A stretch of 64,000 bases of DNA, taken from assembly GCA_021811565.1 (NCBI GenBank), contig JAJZOL010000238.1, forward strand, positions 5,257-69,256, in the 5' to 3' direction. Source of the stretch: a bacterium. Lineage in GTDB: Bacteria > Armatimonadota > Chthonomonadetes > Chthonomonadales > CAJBBX01. Below are positions 56,241 through 64,000 of this stretch, piece after piece (position 1 is the stretch's first letter; each line of letters opens with the position of its first letter). Both the position numbers and the translations under genes were made by a program. The notes beneath the pieces were generated by a model. It saw only the letters and a program-made list of their open reading frames with translations. It ran no database searches and was not told where the DNA came from.

Positions 56241-57326
56241 ATGAGCGAAGTGAATGAAAAACAGGTTCTCGCGGCTTTAAGCTCCATACAGGACCCAGAT
56301 CTGCACAAAGATATCGTAAGCCTTGGTTTTATCAAGGATTTGAAAATTGAGAATGGGCATGTCTCTTTCCAAATTGAACTCACCACGCCAGCTTGTCCGG
56401 TGAAGGATAAGATGAAATCCGAGGCGGAGGAGAAGGTCTCCAAAATCCCCGGTGTTAAAGGCGTGGAAATTAGGATGACCGCCTCCGTGCGTGGCAATGC
56501 GCCAACAGGTCCTCTGATTCCCAATGTGAAAAATATAATCGCCGTCGCTAGTGGAAAGGGTGGCGTTGGCAAATCCACCGTTTCCTGCAATCTCGCCATC
56601 GCTTTGGCGGATACCGGTGCGCGCGTGGGATTGCTCGATTCCGACATCTATGGTCCCTCCATTCCCATGATGATGGGCGTGAACGAGGAACCCTATATGA
56701 TGGACAATAAAATTATCCCTGTTGAAAAGTACGGGGTGAAGATGATGTCCATGGGTTTCTTCATCGATCCGGACAAGGCCGTGCTCTGGAGAGGTCCGAT
56801 GATCGCGAAATACCTGCAGCAGGTGCTTGCGGATGTGGCTTGGGATGATTTGGATTATCTAGTCGTGGATCTGCCGCCCGGAACCGGAGACGCCCCCATG
56901 TCCTTGGCGCAATTGATTCCATTGACCGGTGTGGTGGTGGTAATGACTCCTCAGGATGTCGCCAAGGAGATTGCCAACAAGAGCATTATTATGTTCCAAA
57001 TGATGCGTGAAAGTACGGAACGGGATATCCCTATTCTTGGTATTATTGAGAACATGAGCGGATTCGTATGCCCGCATTGCGGTACGGTGACGCATCTTTT
57101 CAGCCAAGGGGGAGGGAAGAGGGCCGCGAAGGAGTTGGAGATTCCATTTCTTGGAGCGGTTCCGATTGATCCCTTGGTGTGCCAGGGTGGGGATAACGGC
57201 AAGCCCGCCATGGTCAGCGCTCCTGCTTCGGAATCCTCCAAGGCGTTTCGAGCCATAGCGCAACAGATTGCAGCTCGGATCAGCTCGGTGACATGGGAGG
57301 CTTCACAGCGAAGGGAAGGAAAGTAG
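56241..57326 (+). CDS. mrp: Mrp/ApbC Fe-S cluster carrier ATPase
   Basis: N-terminal DUF59-like domain (QDPDLHKDIVSLG, TTPACP), ASGKGGVGKST, DSDIYGPS, WRGPM, DLPPGTGD, ENMSGFVCPHC. Confidence 0.96.
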   Translation: MSEVNEKQVLAALSSIQDPDLHKDIVSLGFIKDLKIENGHVSFQIELTTPACPVKDKMKSEAEEKVSKIPGVKGVEIRMTASVRGNAPTGPLIPNVKNIIAVASGKGGVGKSTVSCNLAIALADTGARVGLLDSDIYGPSIPMMMGVNEEPYMMDNKIIPVEKYGVKMMSMGFFIDPDKAVLWRGPMIAKYLQQVLADVAWDDLDYLVVDLPPGTGDAPMSLAQLIPLTGVVVVMTPQDVAKEIANKSIIMFQMMRESTERDIPILGIIENMSGFVCPHCGTVTHLFSQGGGKRAAKELEIPFLGAVPIDPLVCQGGDNGKPAMVSAPASESSKAFRAIAQQIAARISSVTWEASQRREGK

Positions 57327-58198
57327 GCAAAATGCTCGAGACATCGGAGAGTTCGCAGCGTCTTCTGGGCGCCCATATGCCCACCACCGGGGGCTTGCAA
57401 AATAGTTTGATCAGTGGTAAATCCATTGGATGCAACGCCGTGCAACTATTCACCGCCAGCCCGCGGCAATGGAACTCCCCAGGGGTGGATACGCAGGCGG
57501 CTGAACTCTTCCGATGCACTCAAACGGAGCAAGGCATCCGGTTTACGGTCGCACATGATTCCTATCTTATCAATCTATGCGCCCCCGATCCGTCGGTGTT
57601 GCTTCGGTCAAAGAGTGCATTTCGGGGTGAACTGGATCGCGCCGAGACGTTGGGTATCCCTTGGGTGGTGACACACATGGGTTCTCACCTGAATTCGGGA
57701 GAGGAGATAGGTTTGGAACTCATATCCCGAAGCATAGATGAGGTATTGAAAGAGACAGAGGGGTATCACGCGGGAGTGGCGTTGGAAACCACGGCGGGGC
57801 AGGGGTCCAATCTTGGCTATAAGTTCGAACATCTGGCAAAGGTGATCAAGTTGTGCGATGGATCCGAACGCATAGGGGTCTGTTTGGATACCTGCCATCT
57901 TTTCGCAGCGGGATATGAACTTCGGGATGAGGATTCTTATCGTCATACATTCGATGAATTTGATAGTGTAATTGGGTTGAATCGTTTAAAAGTGATTCAT
58001 GCTAACGATGCGAAGAAGCCTTTGGGCAGCCACGTGGATCGTCACGAGCACTTGGGCGAGGGGGAAATCGGAATGGAGATGTTTTGCAGATTGGTTAACG
58101 ATCCCAATCTCTATCATATCCCGGTGATTATCGAGACGCCTGAAAGCGAAAAGATGCATCCCGTCAATTTGAAGCGATTGAAGGATTGTCTCTCGTGA
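57293..58198 (+). CDS. nfo: Endonuclease IV
   Basis: GAHM, HDSYLINL, VTHMGS, LETTAGQG, CLDTCHLFAAG, HANDAK..LGSHVDRHE, IIETP. Likely start is ATG 57332. Confidence 0.97.
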   Translation: MGGFTAKGRKVGKMLETSESSQRLLGAHMPTTGGLQNSLISGKSIGCNAVQLFTASPRQWNSPGVDTQAAELFRCTQTEQGIRFTVAHDSYLINLCAPDPSVLLRSKSAFRGELDRAETLGIPWVVTHMGSHLNSGEEIGLELISRSIDEVLKETEGYHAGVALETTAGQGSNLGYKFEHLAKVIKLCDGSERIGVCLDTCHLFAAGYELRDEDSYRHTFDEFDSVIGLNRLKVIHANDAKKPLGSHVDRHEHLGEGEIGMEMFCRLVNDPNLYHIPVIIETPESEKMHPVNLKRLKDCLS

Positions 58199-58208
58199 TC
58201 ATTAGTCA

Positions 58209-58246
58209 AGGATGGTTGTTGCATTTCCCCTTTTCAACGCCATCCT
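58209..58246 (+). terminator. Hairpin after nfo (probable terminator)
   Basis: AGGATGG(T)TGTTG / CAACGCCATCCT stem; the U-tract is weak. Confidence 0.5.
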
Positions 58247-58287
58247 GATTTAATGATTCGCTGCAATTTCCCGATGTTCAATCCCAA

Positions 58288-58316
58288 TTGACAAATCGCA
58301 TTGCTATTCCTATAAT
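58288..58316 (+). promoter_or_regulatory. Perfect sigma70 consensus promoter
   Basis: TTGACA-N17-TATAAT, 41 nt upstream of ATG 58358. Confidence 0.85.
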
Positions 58317-58345
58317 AGACGATATGCAAGGTTTAATACACGTCA

Positions 58346-59074
58346 TTGAGGTGGGATATGAAACCTAGGCAATTCGTTTCCCCTGTGATGTTGATCTGTT
58401 TGCTTGTTCTTCTATTATCCACGCAAGGTTGTTTTACAGTAGGACACCGTATCTTCAATGAGGCGGATAGCAATCCGCAACCGGATCCAAACGCTTATAA
58501 ACGCATACTGAGTGTGTGGAAGAATGGCGATCAGGCTCAAGCGGAGGCTCTCGCCGAGAAGGCGTTGGAACAAAATCCGATTGATCAAAAAATGCTTTTC
58601 TTTTACGCGGCGTGCATTCGAAGCCGATTCGATACGGAACGATCGCAGCCTTTGATGAACACTGTTCGCCAAATGGATCCGCAAACCCCGGAAGGCCAAT
58701 GCGCAGCATGTGTCTGGGATTTGGATCAAGATGTTGCGGCGGATCAAAATTTGAATTTGCTTCGCCGCATAGTGAAAGCCAACCCGAATAATCCTTTAAT
58801 ACTTTGGATGATGGCCGTGCAATGCCGCTCCTATAATCTGGATGAGGAGGGTATCCATGATTATAAAAAATTGTTGAAAATGGTTGGCAAAGGCTCCTCG
58901 CTTGTTCACACAACCTACGCAAATCTTTTAGCGGACATGGGACGGCATAAGGAGGCGTTGATTCAATACGACATCGCCCTTCATGAAGAGCCAGCGAGTT
59001 GGAGCATACGAAACTATCAGAATGATTTGAATGAAATAGAGAAGGATCAAATGGCGCATGGGAAACAGCGGTGA
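58346..59074 (+). CDS. TPR-like lipoprotein
   Basis: Lipobox-like STQG|C after a hydrophobic stretch; helical TPR-like repeats. Likely start is ATG 58358 (GAGGTG RBS). Confidence 0.7.
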   Translation: MRWDMKPRQFVSPVMLICLLVLLLSTQGCFTVGHRIFNEADSNPQPDPNAYKRILSVWKNGDQAQAEALAEKALEQNPIDQKMLFFYAACIRSRFDTERSQPLMNTVRQMDPQTPEGQCAACVWDLDQDVAADQNLNLLRRIVKANPNNPLILWMMAVQCRSYNLDEEGIHDYKKLLKMVGKGSSLVHTTYANLLADMGRHKEALIQYDIALHEEPASWSIRNYQNDLNEIEKDQMAHGKQR

Positions 59075-59139
59075 GCGAAAATCGATACCTTGATCGGTCT
59101 TGCATGACCATGCGCGTTTTTGACAACGTCTGATAACGA

Positions 59140-62100
59140 TTATTCTCTTTTCCTTACATTCACTTTTTTCAGTTGATAGCGAAGGATGAGTATTTTTCTG
59201 GACGTTCTTAAATCCCGCCGATCAAGAGATACGAGTCCGTAATGTCCCTCGCCTGTAGCGATGAGTTCTCCGTTTATGAAGAGTTTACCTTCGCTTTCCG
59301 CACCGATAATGTTATTTTTGGCATCAGTCGTTACGAACGCCGTGCCGTATTGACCGAGTTGGAACTTGACCTTCACGCTAGGCAAGGATACGGTAATCAC
59401 ATTATTCGCATTGTCCGTTCGTACAACCGAGTATAGGGTTCCGCCGTTTGTCAATGGAATGCTCATAACGCGAATCGCCGCGTCGGAGTATTGGACGGGT
59501 ATGGGATTCACTTTGGCGTACTTGAGAAATTCGGCGTAAACCGCTTTGGTGTCGGTGGAATCGCTCAGTTCGATCGGATAGGGGACATAGAACACCTTCC
59601 CCTTGCCAAGCTTCGCCTTAAGTATCCGCCCGTCCCATGGATGCTTGATCGCTTCAAAAGGCGTTATAGGGGACGTGGAGTATGGAACGCCAAGCTCCGC
59701 GCGACGCTCCAGCAACGTTGGTCGGCGCAGATCATCGAATGCCACGTCACCGGACACATATAGCGTTCCTCCGTTTCTCACCCAGTTCACCACCTTTTGA
59801 AAGCATGCGTCCGTGGGGCAGTAGGGAAGAACCCATAATAGCGTCTTGGTTTCCGAAGGCAATTGGCTGATGCAATCCTCGTCAATCACCCCGAAATTCA
59901 CATTGTTATCCATGAGACTTCCCACGCTCCGCAGCAAGGCGTTGTCAATATCATCGAAATGCGCCCCCAATCGGTTCTCATCCGGTAGCAATAGCATCGT
60001 TTTCAAGGGGGCCGGAGCGGGATGGAAGTACTGGAGAAAATCGCCTAATTCCGAGAAGGTTTTAGCCCATGGTTTGGGGAGTCCATCCTCACGCTGGAAT
60101 AACCCCCATGGGAACACCATCTCGTCGAAATCCTTTAAATCCCAGTTAAGCGTAAACGCACCCCCCAGACCTGCGCAATAGTGCACAACATCTTCAAATC
60201 GGCGGATGTTTGCATCTGTGTTGGGATTCGTATCGCCTCTGTCACGCGCATCATGCGCCTCCTGCGCACCAAACTCCCCGAGACTGAACCCCTTGCCTTC
60301 GAAGCGGCGGTCGATCAGTTTCATCTCCAATGGATAATTTACGGGGTCTCCATAATAGTGGGTAGTCTCAAAATCCAAGTGCTTGGAACCGATGATTTTA
60401 TCCGCAGAACTCATCCACTGGAGGAATCCCACGGTGCACCCTGCGTTGGGATCGCCCGCCTTGACGCCTTGCACGTTTGCTTTGATCCAGCGGTTGATCA
60501 GGAAAGCGCGGAATTGCCATAAGTCCGCTGTGTGCATATCCTCCCAATTATCCGTCATGTTTCCGAGAGACACATTCGGCATATCCGCTTCCGGCGGGTT
60601 CAAACTCCACGCCTTCCGTAGATATGAATCATCTCCGTATTTGTTTTTGAGCCATTGATTCCACAATGCACGTATAGCCGGACTGTCAGCCACTTCCAGA
60701 TTGGGTTCATTTTGGATGTCAAAGAATATTCCGGGCACGTTCTTGTATCTCGCCGCCCAGAACTTATCCCAGTTCCTTTGGTCCTGCAATTCCTGATCGG
60801 TAAGATCCATTCGTTGCCAATCATGCAATGTGAGGAGGATTGCGATGTTATGTGCATGTGCCAATTGAACGATCGCGTCAAGCTTTCGGCGAAGGAATTT
60901 TGGTCGGTTGGCGAGCTGCGAAGGAGTGTTAGCCGATTGTCCTTGTTCTCCGTTAGCGGCGAAAGGCGAAAAATGAAGAATCCGCAAGATGTGCATATGG
61001 TATCTTTCCATGCGGGTGAAATCGCGTTCCCACGTTTGCGGGTTCTCGTGCGGAGAATAGAACATCATTCCCGTTTGGTTAGAGCCAATAAGAAATTGCG
61101 GCTTGCCATTGACATGAAAGTAATTGTTTTTCCAGGCAATTCGATCTCCATTGGAAAACTCCTTTGGGTTCCACACGCAAAACGCTCCGGTTTCATAATC
61201 GACGCGTCTTTTATTCGCTCCCAACAGTTCAGCGGAGAAGTAACGAAGAATTGCACCCTGCTTCACTTTCATTGACACACTGAAGGAACGCTCGGTATTC
61301 GGAGGGACAGACACATTCATTTCCTTAAGGTATCGCCCATCGTAACGGATAATCATTTTTCCTTCGAATTCTCTTTTTCCGTAATTGGCTACATGGGATG
61401 TGATGGTTGCGGTTTCTCCTGGCTTGTAACTGGCGAAGTCGCTCTCTATCTGATACAGGAAAACATTACGCACCAAAGTATCCAGCACGGCGGTTAGAAC
61501 TTGTCTTTTAGCCGATGAATTCAATAAGATGTCCTTGCTATTGGTAATGCCGCTAAATGCCCAACTGGACCCCTTGTAAACACCATCAAAATTGCGCATC
61601 AGGGATAGAGCGGTTCCGCACAAGCGGTTCTCCTTGTCATACAGGGACAACAACGGAATCCACCTCCGATAGACGGGCGGGAACACTGCGTTGTTATCGC
61701 CGATTAAGCCGCATGCCGAGAAACCTTCCATCGGCTCCCTACCGATAACATCCCCTGAGGTCGTTTTGATGGCTCCGGAAAGAGCAGCATCCAATTTCAG
61801 CTTGAGAATTCCTCTCCGTAGAATCCGATCCAGGGGATCGAAAAGCCCGATCTGTTCAGGGGTGAATGTCATTGCATCTCCGGGCAAGCCGTATCGCGTG
61901 TTCATGAGGGATGTGGCGGGCAAGTTGGAATCCATCTCCGACGCGGTCACCCCGGCGTTTTCAGACCAACCCGTGCCATTCCAATAGATTAGTTTGTCAA
62001 ATGCGTAACCGTCCGCGGTGAGAAGGCAGCCTGTATGCTTAAGATAGGAAATAAATGCATTCCGCGCTCCAGCCGGAAAATAGGGACCATAGGGGAGGAT

Positions 62101-62865
62101 GACAACATCGAAATGCGCTTTCGTGAGTATGTTCGGGTCCGCCAAATCTCCTGCCGATAGGAGAGTGACTCCAAAGCCCTCATTACGAAGAGTTTTTGCG
62201 AGTTTGTTCGGGGGGGTTGAGGTCTGAAAACCATCCGGTAAATCGGAGAGATTCAGTATGCCAATGTTGCCGCGCTCGCCGGATTCGATTTTCAATCCGG
62301 GTGTGACGGATGGAAGTGTTGCTCTCGTACCACCTGTTTCCCATTCCATTGAACTCATCGTGAACTCCATATCTCCGTAATTGCAACCAATTAGGATCAT
62401 ATTAACCGAGGGCATATCTTTCATGCCGGTTCCGCGATTTTGAAATTGAAAGCCATTCATAGGCATGATTACTTCATGCCAGCCCGACGAAAGCGACCCC
62501 ATGCCTAGTCCACCCACGGTGACGCGTTGCAGCCATCCGTCCCCGCTCGGTTGGAATAACCAGATATGCAGTTGAGCTGTGGGAGTGGAGGAGTATTTAT
62601 ATAGGCGAAATCTCAACGCGACGGCATTGGCGGGCGCTGTGCAATCGCATTGAATATTTCCCCAATGTGGCGGGGCATCTCTGTAGATAACCCGCAAGCC
62701 ATGATGTTCCGTATCCTTGAACCATTGGCATGACACTCCTCCGTCAGGATGCACTTTCCAAAGGGATGGAGTGTTCAAAACAGGCAACGGCACGATACGA
62801 TCGTACGCGTTCGCTGAGAGACTCAATGATAAGAGTATGAAAAGCGGCAATAGATTTCGAAGCAT
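59140..62865 (-). CDS. Large exported multidomain clan GH-A glycoside hydrolase (GH5/GH42-like)
   Basis: Signal peptide, CBM-like N-terminal domain, GATase-like domain, Ig-like domain, TIM barrel with DIQNEP (acid/base) and LGEFG (nucleophile), and a GH42-trimerisation-like C-terminal region. Confidence 0.7.
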   Translation of the reverse strand: MLRNLLPLFILLSLSLSANAYDRIVPLPVLNTPSLWKVHPDGGVSCQWFKDTEHHGLRVIYRDAPPHWGNIQCDCTAPANAVALRFRLYKYSSTPTAQLHIWLFQPSGDGWLQRVTVGGLGMGSLSSGWHEVIMPMNGFQFQNRGTGMKDMPSVNMILIGCNYGDMEFTMSSMEWETGGTRATLPSVTPGLKIESGERGNIGILNLSDLPDGFQTSTPPNKLAKTLRNEGFGVTLLSAGDLADPNILTKAHFDVVILPYGPYFPAGARNAFISYLKHTGCLLTADGYAFDKLIYWNGTGWSENAGVTASEMDSNLPATSLMNTRYGLPGDAMTFTPEQIGLFDPLDRILRRGILKLKLDAALSGAIKTTSGDVIGREPMEGFSACGLIGDNNAVFPPVYRRWIPLLSLYDKENRLCGTALSLMRNFDGVYKGSSWAFSGITNSKDILLNSSAKRQVLTAVLDTLVRNVFLYQIESDFASYKPGETATITSHVANYGKREFEGKMIIRYDGRYLKEMNVSVPPNTERSFSVSMKVKQGAILRYFSAELLGANKRRVDYETGAFCVWNPKEFSNGDRIAWKNNYFHVNGKPQFLIGSNQTGMMFYSPHENPQTWERDFTRMERYHMHILRILHFSPFAANGEQGQSANTPSQLANRPKFLRRKLDAIVQLAHAHNIAILLTLHDWQRMDLTDQELQDQRNWDKFWAARYKNVPGIFFDIQNEPNLEVADSPAIRALWNQWLKNKYGDDSYLRKAWSLNPPEADMPNVSLGNMTDNWEDMHTADLWQFRAFLINRWIKANVQGVKAGDPNAGCTVGFLQWMSSADKIIGSKHLDFETTHYYGDPVNYPLEMKLIDRRFEGKGFSLGEFGAQEAHDARDRGDTNPNTDANIRRFEDVVHYCAGLGGAFTLNWDLKDFDEMVFPWGLFQREDGLPKPWAKTFSELGDFLQYFHPAPAPLKTMLLLPDENRLGAHFDDIDNALLRSVGSLMDNNVNFGVIDEDCISQLPSETKTLLWVLPYCPTDACFQKVVNWVRNGGTLYVSGDVAFDDLRRPTLLERRAELGVPYSTSPITPFEAIKHPWDGRILKAKLGKGKVFYVPYPIELSDSTDTKAVYAEFLKYAKVNPIPVQYSDAAIRVMSIPLTNGGTLYSVVRTDNANNVITVSLPSVKVKFQLGQYGTAFVTTDAKNNIIGAESEGKLFINGELIATGEGHYGLVSLDRRDLRTSRKILILRYQLKKVNVRKRE

Positions 62866-62921
62866 GGATTTTATAACCTTGTAGGCTGCCAGATTACTGT
62901 TGAAATGTTGATACGATTGAA

Positions 62922-63905
62922 TTAAAGTGTTATTGGGTTCCCGGTTCCAATGCTTTCCAATGCAGCCTCGGAAATCCTAATGGCTTCAATAGCGTCGGAA
63001 ACGGTGCAGCATGGCGGATCGCCGCTATCCATTGAGTGGAGAAAATCGATAATCATCGGCGTATAGACGTTTTCATCGGTTAGCAAGACTCTCTTTCCTG
63101 ATTCATCGCGTATCTCAGCTGCTGGGGAGGCGGGAAGGTTAAAATTATACTCCAAAAGGCCCTTGTCACCGGCGATTTCAAAGCTCATCCCGTAACCGGA
63201 AGGATCGGCCCAACTGCCTTCGACGTGCCCAAGCACACCGGATTTGAATTTGAGTGTTACAAGTGTGTAATCCATCTTCATGGGTTGACCTTCGGCTATT
63301 TCCGCGGATAGCCCTTTCGCGTACACCGATTCCACTTCGCCAAAACACCACCTCAGCCAATCGAATTCGGAAGTGAGCAGATCCAGCGTCACCCCGCCGC
63401 TTAGAGTATAATTACGTTGCCAATCATCCGTCGAATGAGGCGCCGGTCCGCTTCTGCTGGTGCGTACAACGGCGGTTTGTCCGACAGCCCCGTGTTTCAC
63501 TTGCGTGTAAGCTGTCGCATATGATGGAAAATATCTAGTTGGATGCCCCACGTAGAGCGGGATATTAGCATCAGCGCAGGCGATGGCGATTTTATTGCTA
63601 TCGGAAAGGGTTCGAGCGAAGGGGGCCTCGATAAATACGGCTTTGAATGGATGTTGAATGGCATGAAGGGCTACTTGAGAATGAGTATGCGTGGGAGTGC
63701 AGATGTCAAGGATATCCGGTTGAATCTCCTTCATCATACTTTCTATGTCTTCGTAAGCTTTCAAATGCAACATTGAGGCTATTTCATTTCTGGATTTCTC
63801 ATTTGGATCCACTACCGCGATTAATTCACACTCTTGGATTTTTGTGTATGTATATGCATGTCTTCGTCCTGTTTTACCAACGCCAGCTATCGCAACGGTT
63901 CGCAT
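62922..63905 (-). CDS. Gfo/Idh/MocA-family oxidoreductase
   Basis: VAIAGVGKTG, DICTPTHTH, FIEAPF (EKP variant), GG..LDL, VLGHVEGSW. Confidence 0.92.
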   Translation of the reverse strand: MRTVAIAGVGKTGRRHAYTYTKIQECELIAVVDPNEKSRNEIASMLHLKAYEDIESMMKEIQPDILDICTPTHTHSQVALHAIQHPFKAVFIEAPFARTLSDSNKIAIACADANIPLYVGHPTRYFPSYATAYTQVKHGAVGQTAVVRTSRSGPAPHSTDDWQRNYTLSGGVTLDLLTSEFDWLRWCFGEVESVYAKGLSAEIAEGQPMKMDYTLVTLKFKSGVLGHVEGSWADPSGYGMSFEIAGDKGLLEYNFNLPASPAAEIRDESGKRVLLTDENVYTPMIIDFLHSMDSGDPPCCTVSDAIEAIRISEAALESIGTGNPITL

Positions 63906-63955
63906 GAATGACCTCCATGAAATAATGGCATACCGGTTTCGCCTATGATGCTTGG

Positions 63956-63985
63956 ATTATACTTGTACGAGTGAGATGCATGCAA
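63956..63985 (-). promoter_or_regulatory. Candidate sigma70 promoter of the oxidoreductase/glycosidase pair
   Basis: Minus strand TTGCAT-N18-TATAAT, about 50 nt upstream of ATG 63905. Confidence 0.55.
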
Positions 63986-64000
63986 CTTTAAATCAGTTTA

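Noticed and set aside
56060-56647. 195-aa minus-strand ORF, and similar long shadow ORFs (58455..59126, 6736..7056, 44120..44596, 13002..13433)
   Set aside because: They are antisense or off-frame to well-supported genes and have no recognisable motifs.
1-64000. CRISPR arrays, tRNA/rRNA genes, IS elements, prophage or defence islands
   Set aside because: I saw no spaced direct-repeat array, tRNA cloverleaf signature, transposase, integrase or phage gene. The only exact tandem repeat is the 2x20-mer at 45420.

Overview
A 64-kb chromosomal core-plus-envelope region from a flagellated diderm bacterium. The gene content (secretin T2SS, PEP-CTERM protein, Rex, the style of the flagellins, large secreted glycoside hydrolases) resembles Armatimonadota, but that is inference. 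I found no rRNA, tRNA, CRISPR array, prophage or transposase. In order: the 5' part of glnE (missed by the ORF track), der, a SpoIID-family lytic transglycosylase, a near-complete T2SS operon without a prepilin peptidase (gspE-F-G-H-I-J-K-L/PilMN-M-C-D, minus strand), a divergent RpoD-like sigma factor with an altered Trp dyad, zwf, a serine hydrolase, a Hyi-family isomerase, a sensor kinase plus a REC-GGDEF-HD-GYP protein, a rex-sirC-hemA-ccsA-hemC-nadB-cobA/hemD-hemB-ald operon (ald frameshifted in a G9 run), a GalU-like enzyme, a TPR protein, dnaE, an orphan ABC permease, a GH4 alpha-galactosidase, a conserved unknown exported protein, two tandem flagellins with fliD-fliS-fliT, a double peroxiredoxin-like protein, a YkfC-like NlpC/P60 peptidase, a PEP-CTERM protein, mrp, nfo, a TPR lipoprotein, a large GH-A glycosidase and a Gfo/Idh/MocA oxidoreductase. 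The most notable observation is a clear c-di-GMP-I riboswitch in the leader of a small PEP-CTERM protein that carries the motifs of a Cys-Gln thioester (TED) covalent-adhesin domain. The same window also has an MshEN-type c-di-GMP-binding motif on the T2SS ATPase, a c-di-GMP synthase/phosphodiesterase, and CsrA-type sites on both flagellin leaders. Together these suggest a c-di-GMP-controlled switch between attachment and motility (hypothesis).
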